Below are positions 49,521 through 62,944 of a stretch of DNA of 64,000 nt, one piece after another (positions within the stretch are counted from its first letter, which is position 1; each line of letters starts with the position of its first letter). A program made the position numbers and the translations under genes. Under the pieces are notes generated by a model that saw only the letters and a list, made by a program, of their open reading frames with translations, was not told the DNA's origin and did not search any database. The stretch lies in NCBI GenBank assembly GCA_038087875.1, contig CM075991.1, forward strand, positions 5,394,001-5,458,000, written 5' to 3'. Source of the stretch: Malacoraja senta (taxonomy: Eukaryota).

Positions 49521-52500
49521 TTCCCTGTTAAGGAAGAAAAAGATGACAGAGATCTTCCCAGTGTGTGATGTACCTGGTGCAGGTAGACTGCATGTTCACA
49601 GCATGCCCAAGGGCAGCAACAGTGCTGCTCACTAGACCATGAGTAGCAGTCTGAAGAATGGTCACAAGCTGAAACGTCACCCATCCTTTATCTCCAGGTG
49701 TTGAGCTCCAAGTCAACATTAACACCCACTGAGTTACTCCATCATTTTGTGTCTATCTTCGGTGTAAACCGGCATCTGCAGTTCCTTCTCACACATTCAA
49801 ATTTGAGACCTCCCTTTCAAATGACAAAGGTCCAGGATTTTAGTGACCATGAAGTCGATGATGCTCACTGTACTTTCCTTCCATTCATCACATACTATAC
49901 ACTAGTGCACTAGAGAAACTATTTTAATTTTTAACTTTGGATCTGCCTGTCGTTGGACCAAACCCTTGCCTTTGGTCAGGATAGAGTGGACGTGGAGAGA
50001 ATGTTTACACAAGTGGGTGAGTCTAGGACCAGAGGGCACAGCCTCAGAATAAAAGGACTTACCTTCAGAAAGGAGATGAGGAGGAATTTCTTTAGTCGGA
50101 GGGTGGTGAATCTGTGGAATTCATTGCCACAGACGGCTGTGGGTACTTTAAAGGCGGAGATTGATAGGAGTACATCCAGCAGGTCGGGCAGCATCTCTGG
50201 AGAACGTGGATAAATAGGTGACATTTCGGGTCGGGACCCTTCACAGCCTGAAGAAGGATCTCGACCCGAAACGTCACCTGTGCATGTTCTCCAGAGACGC
50301 TGCCTGACCTGCTGAGGTACTGCAGCACTCTGTGTACCTTTGTGTATTAACCAGCATCTGCAGTTCCTTGTGTCAGCATACTCAGACAATGGTGTGAGAT
50401 TTCAGCAGGGGATATTCGGCCAATATTTACATATCAGTGATATACAGCATCGGTGAGTTAAGTCGAGTGAATTGCAACATCGCTCTCTGTGGCTACTTTC
50501 TCTGAGCAAATTGACTGCTATAATGACTTAACTTTCCAAAGAACTTAAACAGGTCGGTAGGAACGACGTGCACTGGAGGTCAGAAGAAGGGTCTCGACCC
50601 GAAACGTCACCTGTCCCTTTTCCCTGGAGATGCTGCCTGATTCGCTGAGTTAATTTTGCGTCCAACGGCGTGGACTTGAGCTGGGGACACTGGCGTTTGC
50701 GGCGGGTTGGAGTTGGGGATGTCCTCGCAGCGAGCGTGGAGCCAGCCTGCAGAGGGCAGCACGTCAAGCTAGACTTGACCACGCCGGTGTCTCGAAGGGG
50801 CGTTGTGCAGACTTCGCATCGCACGGCTTGGAAGCAGGGATTCCCCCGAATGACGTCTGTGCTTCCAATGCTCACAGGTCTGGGCAGGATTCAGATACCT
50901 GACCTCCCACGCACTGCAATGGAAAGGTCTCCCAGCGCGGCCCGACGGACTCTTTCTGATTCCCAATCTTAAAAGGGCAATAACAGGGGACTGCAGATGC
51001 TGCTTTATACCGAAGACACAAAATGCCCGAGTAACCCAGCGGGTCAGGAGAACAGAACACGGATGCGGGTCTGGACCCTTCTTCAAACTTCCCCAGGTTC
51101 TCCACGGATGCTGACTGACCCACCGAGTTACCCCAGCATTTTGCATCTTAAAAGGGCAACGCAGACCTCGGGAAGAACTGCAGATGCTGGTTTACACCGA
51201 TGATAGGCACAAAATGGTGGAGTAACTCAGGCAGGTCAGGCAGCATCTCTGGATAGAAAAGGGATGGGGGGGACGATTCGGGTCGAGAGACCCTTCTTCG
51301 GACGTCGAGGTTAATAAACAAAAAATCAAGCGAAATGGCAAGAATAAACAGCAAACCCATCGTTCGGGAAACAATGAGCAATCTGAGATTGTAGCGATGA
51401 TGTTGTCCCGGGGTGGCTTTTCCCGGGTGCGTTTTAAAGATATCGAATGATTTGCCTATAGGTATGACTGGGTAAGGTCAGCTGCATCAGCTCGTTTCCA
51501 GGTTGGTGCTGTCTAGAGTGAGATCTGATTATTCTGCAGATTCAAATTCAAAATGCTGTCGAGATTATGTGAGATTTCAGCGCGACCTACTAGGTGAACG
51601 GGTCGAGTCTGATATCACTCCTGTCTGGCGGCTTCGTTTTACAGATACTAATCTCCAGAAATCAATGGAGAATACACAATTATGAATCTTTTACCTGTCG
51701 AGTTACACTCTTCAAGATACAGTGTGAGCATGAGAACTGCGACGTGAGCAGCTGAGCCCTCTCCCCCCTTCTTCCCGCTGAGAGCTCTCAATCTCAGGAA
51801 TAAGACCCTCTCAGTCAGAAGAAGGGTCTCGACCCGAAACATCACCTGTTCCTTTTCTCCAGAGATGCTGCCTGTCCCGTTGAGTTACTCCAGCATTTTG
51901 TGTCTATCTTCATACTAACTAGTATAATTAAGTAACCCACCCCTATCGCTGTTGCACTGCACTGTATAATATATACTGACTGTATTCAGTCAGAACAAAC
52001 GCCTCACAGTGCTCGGTCAAGCTAAAGATCAGGATAATTAACCTTCGCAGACCAGTATATCAAACGTATTAATTATTATAACTAATTAGCAGCTAACTTC
52101 CATCAGCCATTGCACCTAACTCATATTGATCAGCATAACTATTTTGCAACGATTGGTATAATCAGTTTATATCAATTTATGCAACTATTTCACCAGTGAC
52201 CACAAGACTTATTCCAGTTAGTATAACCAGTAGACCAACTAGTACATGTTGGAAGGAACCGCAGATAGACACAAAATGCTGGAGTAACTCAGCATTCATA
52301 CACAAGGAACTGCAGATGCTGGTTTACACAAAATGCTGGAGAAACTCAGTGGGTCAGGCAGCATCTCTGGAGAAAAGGAATAGGTGACTTTTCGGGGTGA
52401 GTGAGGGCTCTCTCAATCTGAAGAATCAGACCCTCTCAGTCTGAAGAAGGGTCTCGACCCAAAACATCATCTATTCCTTTTCTCCAGAGATGCTGCCTGA

Positions 52501-52989
52501 CCCATTGAGTTACTGCAGCATTTTGTGTCTATCTACATACTAACCAATATTATCACCTCCTACTCATCAGTTTGATGAATTGGATGAGTGCAGTCATATT
52601 TCATGTGAAAGTTTTATTGATATTGGCCGAGGTGCAAGTCTGGGCTATTGTGTAGCAAAGCTTACTGAGAAAATCGAGACTATTTAAAAGGCAGAGGGCA
52701 CAAAAAGTACAGCAGCTTCCCCCTCATTAAAACAAGGGTAACCTTTTTTCCAGGAAATGGAATGGGAATAGCATAATCATTGAGTGGAGCAAATAAATGA
52801 TATGCATATTATAATCCTTAGTGACAGCAGTGTGAGCACCAGGTTTAATTGACAGGGAATTACCCAATTACCTCTAGACAGACAGGGAATAATACTGTAA
52901 CTACACAGCACTCTCATTTATAAGAATTTTGATGACATATTTAAATATTACCAATGCATAATTCCAAACCAGCATACTTTGCATAGCAG

Positions 52990-53640
52990 CACTCCTTCTA
53001 ATTTTCAGGATTGTGAAGATGGTGTGCTTATCTTCATTTGTCTGGGCATTTAGTATAAGAGTTAGGGAGTCAGGTTTCAGCTTTATAACACTTTGGTTCG
53101 GCCGTATTTGGGGTATTGTGTGCGTATTTCTGGTCGCCCCATTACAGGAAGAATGTGGAGGGTTTGGAAATGGTGGAGAAGAGGTTTTCCAGAATGCTGC
53201 CTGGATCAGAGGGTATTGGCTTAAAGGAGAGGTCGGACAAACTTGGATTGTTTTCTCTGGAACATCAGAGGCTGAGGGGAGACCTGATAGAAGTGCTTAA
53301 AATTATGTGAGGCATGTAAAGGGTGGGCAACCAGAACTTTATTCCCAGGGTGTAAATGTCAAAGGTTGGAGAGCATAGCTTTAAGGTGAGAGTGGGGCAA
53401 AATGTAGAGGAGATGTACGAGGCAAGTGTTTTTACACAGTGAGTTTTGGCGGTCTGGAACACACTTCCAGGGGTGGTGGTGGAGGCAGCCATGATAGTGG
53501 CATTTAAGAGGTTTTTAGATAGGCACACAGAAATGGAAGGACATGGATCACGTTCAGACAGAGGAAATCAGTTTAACTTGGCATTCATTGTGTTTGGCAC
53601 AGACATTGTGGACCGAAGGGCATGACAGTTCTATGTTTAT
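52990..53640 (+). mobile_element. Decayed CR1 3' fragment (further CR1 tails at about 13690-13985, 35725-35990, 49975-50170, 58040-58410, 58645-58930, 59245-59690, 60085-60595, 61190-62370)
   Basis: FWSPHYRKNVEGLEMVEKRFSRMLPG..LGLFSLEHQRLRGDLIEV. Confidence 0.8.
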
Positions 53641-54819
53641 GTTCCAATCAACCAAAGAACAGCTGGAGTGCAGAATTGATGAAAAATGATACAAAATGGT
53701 GACGATCTTGATTGGAGCGATAACAAATTGTTCAAAAGAACATATAAAGGGAGTCCTGTCAATGAGAGCCCTACTTCTGATCCTATGCAGCAGACACTGA
53801 CAAACAGACACAAAGTGCTGTAGTAACTCAGCAGGTCAGGCAGCATCTCTGGAGAAAAAGGATAGGTGACGTTTCGGGTCAAGATCCTCCTTCAGGTCTG
53901 AAAAGGTATCTCCACCTGAAACATCACCTATCCATGTTTTCCGGTGAAGCTGCCTGACCTGCTGAGTTACTCCAACACTTTATGTCCTTTTGTCCTTTAA
54001 CCAGCATCTGCAGTTCCTTGTTTCACCCATCCACTGACAAGACTGTTTGAACTTCTCAGTTCACTTTGCCAGGAAACACCCTTCACCTGTCAAGTGCACA
54101 ATTCCATCAGCATTGGTAATATTTGCAAACCATAATATCAAGGTGCATAGGAAGAGCCCATTTAGCTCTTCAGGACTGTGCTGGATCTTTGAAAGAGTGC
54201 GCATGTTTCTTCCCAATAGTCCAGTAAATGTTTCACTCTTAAGAATTTGAACAAACCACTTTAAAATTTGCAATGGAGTCTCCATTCACGACCTTTCATA
54301 TAGCAAAGTCATGAAAGAACATCATATTTCCAATCCTCCCCATTGGGCTTTCAGCAATTACCTTGAATTTCTGTCCTTGGGTTACCAACACCAATGCCAT
54401 TCCATTTAGTTTAGTTCAGTTTAGAGATACAGCATGGAAACAGGCCCGATGGTGGAATGAGTCCACGCCAACCATCAATCACCCATTCATACTAATTCTA
54501 CGTTATCCCACTTTCACATCCACTCCCTACACACTGGGGGCAGTTTACGGAGACCAATTAACCCACAAACCTGTATTTTGGGGGGATTTTGGAGGAAACA
54601 GGAGCACCAGGAGGAAACCCAGATGGCACAGGGAGAACATACAACCCTCACGAAGACAGCTCCCGAGGTCAGGGTCGAACCTGGGTTTCTGGCGTTGTAA
54701 GGCAGAGACTCTACCAGTTGCACCACCGTGCCACCAATAAATCTCTCCTGAAATTCTGTACTCCAAAGGGAACATTCTCAACTTCTACAATCTCTCCACA
54801 TTGTTGAAATCTCTCAAAT

Positions 54820-55203
54820 CTGCCTGGCCTCAGTGACTGAGCTGTCTGGCCTCAGTCACTGAGCTGCCTGGCCTCAGTGACTGAGCTGCCTGGCCTCAGT
54901 GACTGAGCTGCCTGGCCTCAGTGACTGAGCTGCCAGGCCACAGTGACTGAGCTGCCAGGCCACAGTGACTGAGCTGCCAGGCCTCAGTGACTGAGCTGCC
55001 AGCCTAAGAATCTATTCAGCCCACAATGTCCATACTAGCTCTCTGAAAACCGGTCCCTTCAGCACACAACACCCATGCTAGCGCTCCAGAAAACCCCCCA
55101 CCCACTGGCCAGCAATATTGGAATTGGTGGAGAGGTGGAATATTGCATTGGTGTCCAGCCCTCCCTTGTGAAGCTGGGACCCAACAGGTCCCACTTAGTC
55201 TAG
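54820..55203 (+). mobile_element. Helitron-like 3' end with an 8 x 22-bp minisatellite
   Basis: Hairpin TGGGACC-CAACA-GGTCCCA (55175-55193), then CTAG|T. The body is homologous to 20330-20620. Confidence 0.8.
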
Positions 55204-58200
55204 TCCTTCCAGTAAATCTCTCCAAGGCCATAGTCACTGAATCCGACCTATAATTTCATCACTGTTTGGTCCTACAGCCATTGAGTTGCTGATCTTTGTG
55301 AAGGCTTCAGATTATAAATACTGCTGTAATATCAAACAGAATAAGACATGGTAAAACTTTACTTTCCTATTCAAAATGTATCCTGTAGTGGGAACAAATA
55401 CAACCTTTAAATAACTAAAAATAGGTGAATCAACTGATACAATAAATTATGTGTACGATTTTTACACGATCTTTAAGTTTTAGATTATAAGCACTGGAAA
55501 TTTGTAGGCACAACAAGGAAACAGTTGCATTAAGCATCCCAGTGTAACCTCAAAGAAGGGAAAATAAGTCACAAATTCATCACAATTTCAAGCAACCAGG
55601 CCGGTCTCTGTGACAACAAACTATACACAATGTATGCAATTCCCTGCAATCAGCTGGAAATTATTTTTCAATAATCTTTGGCATGTCATCAGAAGGCAGT
55701 TCAAAGCCCTCCCAATATTTTACTGGTCTGTTTTTATATTACAGTGATTAAGACAGCAGCATTGGTGGCAATTAAGAACATAATTATATTCGCCAACCTG
55801 TTTGTACTTATTATATGAAACGAACATACAACAGGCACACTCATGTGGTGTCTTTAACATAATCAATGTGTTCCAATAATGCCTGTGAATTGCTGAAAGA
55901 TCTCATTTGCAGTCGAGCCGATCAAATAATAAGCTTGTCATTCATCTTCTGTTGATTTTATTCTTAAAACAAACAAACAAAAACTTTTATATTTCTCTTT
56001 CAGATTCTTTCCAGAGAGCTATACCGCCAATCATGCACTTTTTATGTGGATTTGCTACGAGCACTGTAGAAAATGCAGCTGCTTATTTGTGCACAGCAAG
56101 ATCCCACCAATCAGCAATGTGCTAACAAGCCATCTAACCTGCTTTAGCGACTTTGACAGAGAGCTCAGCATTGGCCCCCCACTCAGCCTCTGAGCACCAC
56201 AAGGATTCATTTCCTTACACAATAAAATGTAATGAAAAGGAACTGCAGGCGCTAGTTTATACCAAAAGATGGACACAAAACGCTGGAGTAACTCAGCGGG
56301 ATAGGCAGCATCTCTGGAGAAAATTAAGTTTCAGGTTGGGACGGCCAAAATATGCCATTGTATTTTATACATCTCAACCAAGAGCTGGCATTTCTCACAG
56401 TGGGTTCATTCAATTTTTTAACGCCTGACCCTTTGTGACAATTTCACATCGGCGCCAGCGCTTACCTGTTCGAGGATTTGAATATAGAGCTCACGAAATT
56501 CCACTTAGCAGTTCATCACACTGGCATTGAAACGATGCACTGGAGGAAGTCAATGGGTCCAGCAGCATCTGTAGTGGAAAGGAATGGTTTTCTCAGGTTG
56601 GAATCTGTGGGCTGAGTGTGCGGAGGGGGAGATAGCTGTGAGAGTCGTTCATAAAGTCTGAAGATGGGTCCAGAGCCAAAATGTCACCCATTACTTCTAT
56701 CCAGAGATGCTGCCTGCATGCTGAGTTAATCCAGCATTTTGTGTCTATCTTTGGTGTAAACCAGCATCTACAGTTCCTTCCTACACAGTCTTCATTTTAC
56801 CCCGGGCAATGACGGCTTGATCTTCATGACCAATGTCTTATAGAAATAATAAGCAATTTTCTTTCTGTATCCTCATCTGAACAATTTGTATTTGAATAAA
56901 TGGGATGACATTCTTCTATTTTTTGAAATAAATATTGCATAGAGTACACAACTTCCAAATCAGCAGATCCCTGGATGGCTAAGGTCAGTTTGCCAAAATA
57001 AAATCACGAATATACTCTCTGTTTTGCAAGAAGCGAAAATGCCTTTTTTTTATGGTAACTATGGTGAGGAAACTATGGGAACTCACATGCATTGACCGTG
57101 TGAGAATGGAACACCTTCAATGGCAGTGAATTGGCTCAGAGGATGCGTGTGATGCACCTGCAAAATAAACCTTTAAATGCTTTTCAAACTTTACTGCCAG
57201 AAAGAAGACATAACGGAATCAAGGGATGTGGGTGAAAAAGCAGGAACAGGGTACTGATTTTGGATGATCAGCCATGATCATATTGAATGGCGGTGCTGGC
57301 TCAAAGGGCTGAATGGCCTGCTCCTGCACGCATGTTCTATGTTTTTATGTTTCTATAATAGAATTTCTAACAACAGATATGGAAATGATAAATGATGGTA
57401 AACCTGCAGGACTTTTGCCTTCGTCTAAATCTCCTTAGTCAGTTGGCGGGTCCTTTGCTCATACATGTCCAGTGAAACATGTCCAGTGAAATTATTAGAC
57501 AATGTCCCTTTTGACTTGGATTCAATATCTGAAATGGAGACACAAATGCTGCAGATGTTGGAAACTTGATCAAAAAAACAAAGTGCAGGAGGAACTCAGG
57601 GGATTAAGCAGCATCTGTGGAGGGAATGGATAGATGTCAGGTCAGAACCCTTCTTCAAAGAAAAATCATGACATGAAACGTCATCTGTTCATTTCCATCC
57701 TGACCTGCGGAGCTCCTCCACCACTTTGTTTTTAACATAATATCTGAAATGTGGCTTCAATGGAAATCTTAAAATGGTTTCCTAATTCTTATACCCTTGA
57801 AAATTGTAACTTGAAGAGAAAGTTTTTATTCACAATGGAAGAACAGATCATTCTCTGTGACACAGGATCATCTTCGGCGACAAACTAGAAGAACAGATCT
57901 TGCTTGGAGACATAAGAGACCGTAGATGCTTAAATTTTGAGCTTCCTGAGCCACTGTGTATCTCTCAAACACAAGATGCTCTCTCTGTTAAAACAAGAAG
58001 TTCAAGGACTGCAAATGATAGTGTTGCACTCAAAGTCACTTACCGAATAGTGAGAGGCCTAGATAGAATGGACGTGGAGAGGATCTTTCCATTAGTGGGA
58101 GAATCTAGGTCCGGAGACCATACTCAGAATAAAAGGATGTACCTTTAGAATGGAGATAAGCAGGAATTTCTTTAGTCAGAGGGTGGTGAATCTGTGGGAT

Positions 58201-61200
58201 TCATTGCCACAGATGGCTGTGGAAGGCAAATCCATGGATATTTTTAAGGCAGAGATTGACAGATTCCTGATTCGTACAGGTGTCAGAGGTTATGGGGAGA
58301 AGGCAGGAGAAAGTGGTTAAGAAGGAAAGATGATCAGCCATGGTTGAATGGCGGAGCAGACCTGATGGGCCGAGTGGCCTAATTCAGCTCCTATAACGTA
58401 TGAACTAATGAAAGTCCTCCTGAAAGATGTGCCTGGCATAAGTAATATTTGGCCAATGATTCAAAAACAAAGTCTGTAATTTGGAGTTTTCAATAAACCT
58501 ATTAAACATGGAACTTCATGAAGGTATCCAAAGTATCCAACGAAGAGAGGTAAGATTTAATGGAAGCTGAATTTTGAAGTACAAGTGTTGAGTTTATTTC
58601 GCAGCGAAGGATTTCATCTTAACTTTCATCGTATACAAGAGAATATGGTTTTAAGGTGAGGGGGCAAAGTTTAAAGGAGATGTGCAGGGCAAAGTTTCTA
58701 CACAGAGGGTGATGAGCACCTGGAACGCACTGCCAAGGGTGGTGGTGCTGGTGGTGGTGGAGGCAGATACAATACTGGCATTTAAAAGACTTTGTATATG
58801 CAGAAATGAAGGAATATGGATCATGTCCAGGCAGGTAATAGTTAGTCTTGGCATCAGGTTCGGCATGGACATTGTAGACCGAAGGGCCTGTTCCTGTGCT
58901 GTACTGTTCTATGCTCTATGCTCTATGACTTGGCCCATCATAAATCAGCCTTTAAGCTATCTGCTAAAGCATATCAGAGCTTGGTGATTAGCATTCAGTT
59001 GATTGCCAGTACCACCAACATTTCATCTAACAGCTTAATTTGATTAATATCATCAACACTACTTAAGTGTACATCGGAGTGATTAATTCAGTGAGCGTCG
59101 ACGTGTTCAAGTACCATACACAATGAGCAAACACAGAAGCGACTGACTCTGCTCTGCTGCTAAAGTCAATGCAGCATGTTGGTCAGCTTCATACGTGCAG
59201 CTCCTCCACTGTCAGGTTGTATAACTCACTCAGTAAGTTCCCTAATAGTCATAGTCATAAAGTGATACAGTGTGGAAACAGGCCCTTCAGCCCAACTCGC
59301 CCATACCAGCCAACAATGTCCCAGCTACACTAGTCCCACTTGCCGGCGCTTGGTCCATATCCCTCCAAACCTGTCCAATCCATGTACCTGTCTAACTGTT
59401 TCTTAAAGGATGGGATCATCCCAGCCTCAGCTACCTGCTCTGGCAGCTTGTTCCATACACCCACCATCCTTTGTGTGGAAAATTGACCCCTTGGATTACT
59501 ATTAAATCTTTTCCCCTTCATCTTGAACCTATGTCCTCTGGTCCTCGATTCCCCTACTCTGGGCAAAAGACTCTGTGCATCTACCCGATCTATTCCTCTC
59601 ATGACTTTGTATACCTCTAAAAGATCTCCTCTCATCCTCCTGCGCTCCATGGAATAGAGACCCAGCCTACGCAACCGCCCTATAGCTCAACCCCCCCACA
59701 CTATTCACACGCATTGAAAAGGATTGCTTCAAGAAATGTTGAAACAAGGAACTGCATGTGCTGATTCACAAAAAGACATGTGCTGGACTGCTGGAGTAAC
59801 TCATCGAGTCAGGCAGCATCCCTGGAGGATATGGATAGGTGATGTTTCAGGTTGGGATCCTCATTTCTATAGCACCTTTATCAAACAGGATGTTGGAAAT
59901 CTGGAAGAGAGGAGGGGCAGTAATAGGTGAACACAGGTGAGTGTGGTGGGAAGGGGTGGGTGAGGGGGCGGGTGGGGGGGGGGTTGACAGGCAGATGCTT
60001 GGACAAGGGCCAGAGGTGGAAAATCAGATGGTGTGAGACAACAGGATTGAAGAGTTAAGAATTGTGAAGCCAGAGGAACATGGAGACAATAGACAATAAA
60101 CAATAGGTGCAGGAGTAGGCCATTCTGCTCTACGTGCCAGCACCGCCATTCAATGTGATCATGGCTGATCATCCCCAATCAGTATCCCGTTCCTGCCTTC
60201 TCCCCATTTCCCCTAACTCCACTATCTTTAAGAGCACCTATCTAGCTTGAAACTATCCAGAGAACCGGCCTCCACCGCCCTCTGAGGCAGAGAATTCCAC
60301 AGACTCACAGCTCTCTGTGAGAAAAAGTGTTTCCTCGTCTCCGTTCTAAATGGCTTACCCCTTATTCTTAAACTGTGTGTGGCCCCTGGTTCTGGACTCC
60401 CCCAACACCGGGAACATGTTTCCTGCCTCTAGCGTGTCCAAACACTTAATAATCTTATATCTTTCAATAAGATCCCCTCTAATCCTTCTAAACTCCAGAG
60501 TATACAAGCCCAGCCGTTCCATTCTCTCAGCATGACAGTTCCGCCATCCCGGGAATTAACCTCGTGAACCTACGCTGCACTCCCTCAATAGCAAAAGGAC
60601 AAATGTTCCCATTTATTGATATGAAAATATGTTTCTGGCTACTGGACTTTCACCATCAAATATTTTTGAAGAATGTGGGTTTCCCAGAGTGTGAGATCAT
60701 GTTAATTTCGCTCATTTCTTCTTCACTCTGGCTCCACAGTATCAGTGTTGAAATGAATGACTGATCTGACAAACTCGATTGTGTAATTATCCTCACAAAA
60801 AAGTGTTTGACAATTTCCTTTTATTCTGAGGGGATAAAAGAGACGCATCTCATTTTCAACACTGACATCCACCGAAAGTGATAGGATGATGTTGGAATTG
60901 AAATTGTTCACAAAACGTCATGAGAGGATCTCTCAATTATTTTTTACATGTGAGTTCCACCTCTTTAAAGTGGATTAAATTCTATCATTTAATGGAAGCA
61001 GTGACAGAATTGTGTAAAGACATTTACAGCTGCGTTTCACTGCTGGAACTCTCAACTCTTGCTTATTTATGCTTTTTGGCCCATTGAGTCCACGCCAGCT
61101 CCCAACATAGAAATTCCATATTCCACTGCTCTTTATTATTGCTCTTTGGCTCCCACTTATTTTCTCTCACATGGACATCAATAAACAATAGACAATAGAC

Positions 61201-61271
61201 AATAGGTGCAGGAGTAGGCCATTTGGCCCTTCGAGCCAGCACGGCCATTCAATGTGATCATGGCAGATCAT

Positions 61272-62132
61272 TAGAGAGAGAGATTAGAGAGATTCCTTTA
61301 TTTGTCATTCAGACCTTTCGGTCTGAACGAAATTTCGTTGCCTGCAGTCATACATATAATAATAAATGACAAAACACACAATAAACACAAATTAACATCC
61401 ACCACAGTGAGTTCACCAGGCACCTCCTCACTGTGATGGAGGCAAAAGTCTTAAAGTCTCTGTCTCTTCCCGCTTTCTTCTCCCTCTGCGCTGAGGCGAT
61501 CCAGGCTTCTGATGCTGTGGCCCCGCCGGGCGACGGTAAGCCAGTCCAGCGGCCGAATCCGTGCTCCGCGACGGGCCGGCTCAAACTCCGCGGCCCGGAG
61601 TGGTCGAAGCTGCCGAAGCTGCCGCCCTCCAGTCCAGCGGACGCAGCTGTAGTTGCGGGAACCCCAGAAAAACAGGTCACCAACCTGTGACCTGCGCGCT
61701 CCCGACGAGCCTCCGGATTCAGGTCGCCACCAGTGTCCTCGGTCGCCACCGCCGGAACGCCACCGCAGCCCCGAAGTTGGCCAGCCTCGCGCTGGTAAGT
61801 CCTGGCTCTGCCTCCGGAGCCTCGAGGTCGGTCGGTCGCTCGCAGTTGGAGTTGGAGGCCGGCAGCTCGCAGTTGGAGTTGGAGGCCGGCAGCTCCGCCA
61901 TTTTGGCCTCGGCGCAGACGGAGGCAGAGAAGGGGGACACGACAAGAAAAAGTTGCATTCCCCCGAAGGAAGAGACAAAAGTCATGTTTCACCCCCCCAC
62001 CCCCCCACCCCACACATACACAACCCAATATACTAAAATTTAACTGAAACAGGACAAAAGAAAACAACAAAAAAAGTAAAAACAGACGGACTGCAGGCGA
62101 GCCGCTGCTGTACGACAGCGCCGCCACTTCCG
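61272..62132 (-). mobile_element. Full-length GC-rich non-autonomous retroposon with a non-tRNA head (partial second copy at about 63465-63735)
   Basis: TSD GATCAT at 61266-61271 and 62133-62138, inside a CR1 tail. Head CGGAAGTGGCGGCGCTG. The tail hairpin TTCAGACC-GAAA-GGTCTGAA followed by TGACAAATAAA resembles the Rex1/Babar tails in this window. Confidence 0.75.
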
Positions 62133-62944
62133 GATCATCCCCAATCAGTACCCCGTTCCTGCCTTCGCCCCATATCCCCTGACTCCGCTATCTTTAAGAG
62201 CCCTATCTAGCTCTCTCTTGAAAGTATCCAGAGAACCGGCCTCCACCGCCCTCTGAGGCAGAGAATTCCACAGACTCACAACTCTCTGTGAGAAAAAGTG
62301 TTTCCTCGTCTCCGTTCTAAATGGCTCACCCCTTATTCTTAAACTGTGGCCCCTGGTTCTGGACTCCCCCAGAACATCAGTTCCCTTTGGAATCTTTTGT
62401 CACTCACCAACGCCAGGGGTAGTTTACAAGGTGAAATAACCTATCAACACGTCCATGCGATGTGGGAGGAAACCATGGGCTTAATGAAGGACCAGTCTCA
62501 CCCCGGTCACTCGCTCTTCTCCCCTCTCCCATCAGGAGGTACAGAACTTTGAAAACGCACACCTCCAGATTCAGGGACAGTTTCTTCCGAGCTGTGATCA
62601 GGCAACTGAACCATCCTATCACCAACTCGACAGCGGTCCTGACTTACCATCCACCTCATTTGAATTACCATGAGCAAGTGCTTGCAAAACAGTTGTCTAG
62701 TCTATGCTTGGGTCACACAGATATAAAACAGGCCACATTGGGAGATAAGTGGATTGTTTTTCAGTTGGTAATCAGTAAACAGTGGGTGCCTCAACAATCA
62801 GTCCTGAAGCCTCAAGTATTTGTGCATTATGGTTCAACCAGGCCTGCTGACAGACAATATATCAAGCATTATTCTCTGTCAGAAATGTTATGCAGAGTTC
62901 CAAATCTACAGATCACCATTCATTTCCATTCTAATATAATTCAG

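Noticed and set aside
54820..54995. Palindromic 22-bp repeats as a CRISPR-like array
   Set aside because: Head-to-tail with no spacers; internal to a Helitron-like element.
61348..62127. 259-aa and overlapping ORFs
   Set aside because: A GC-rich repeat open in several frames, with no recognisable domain.
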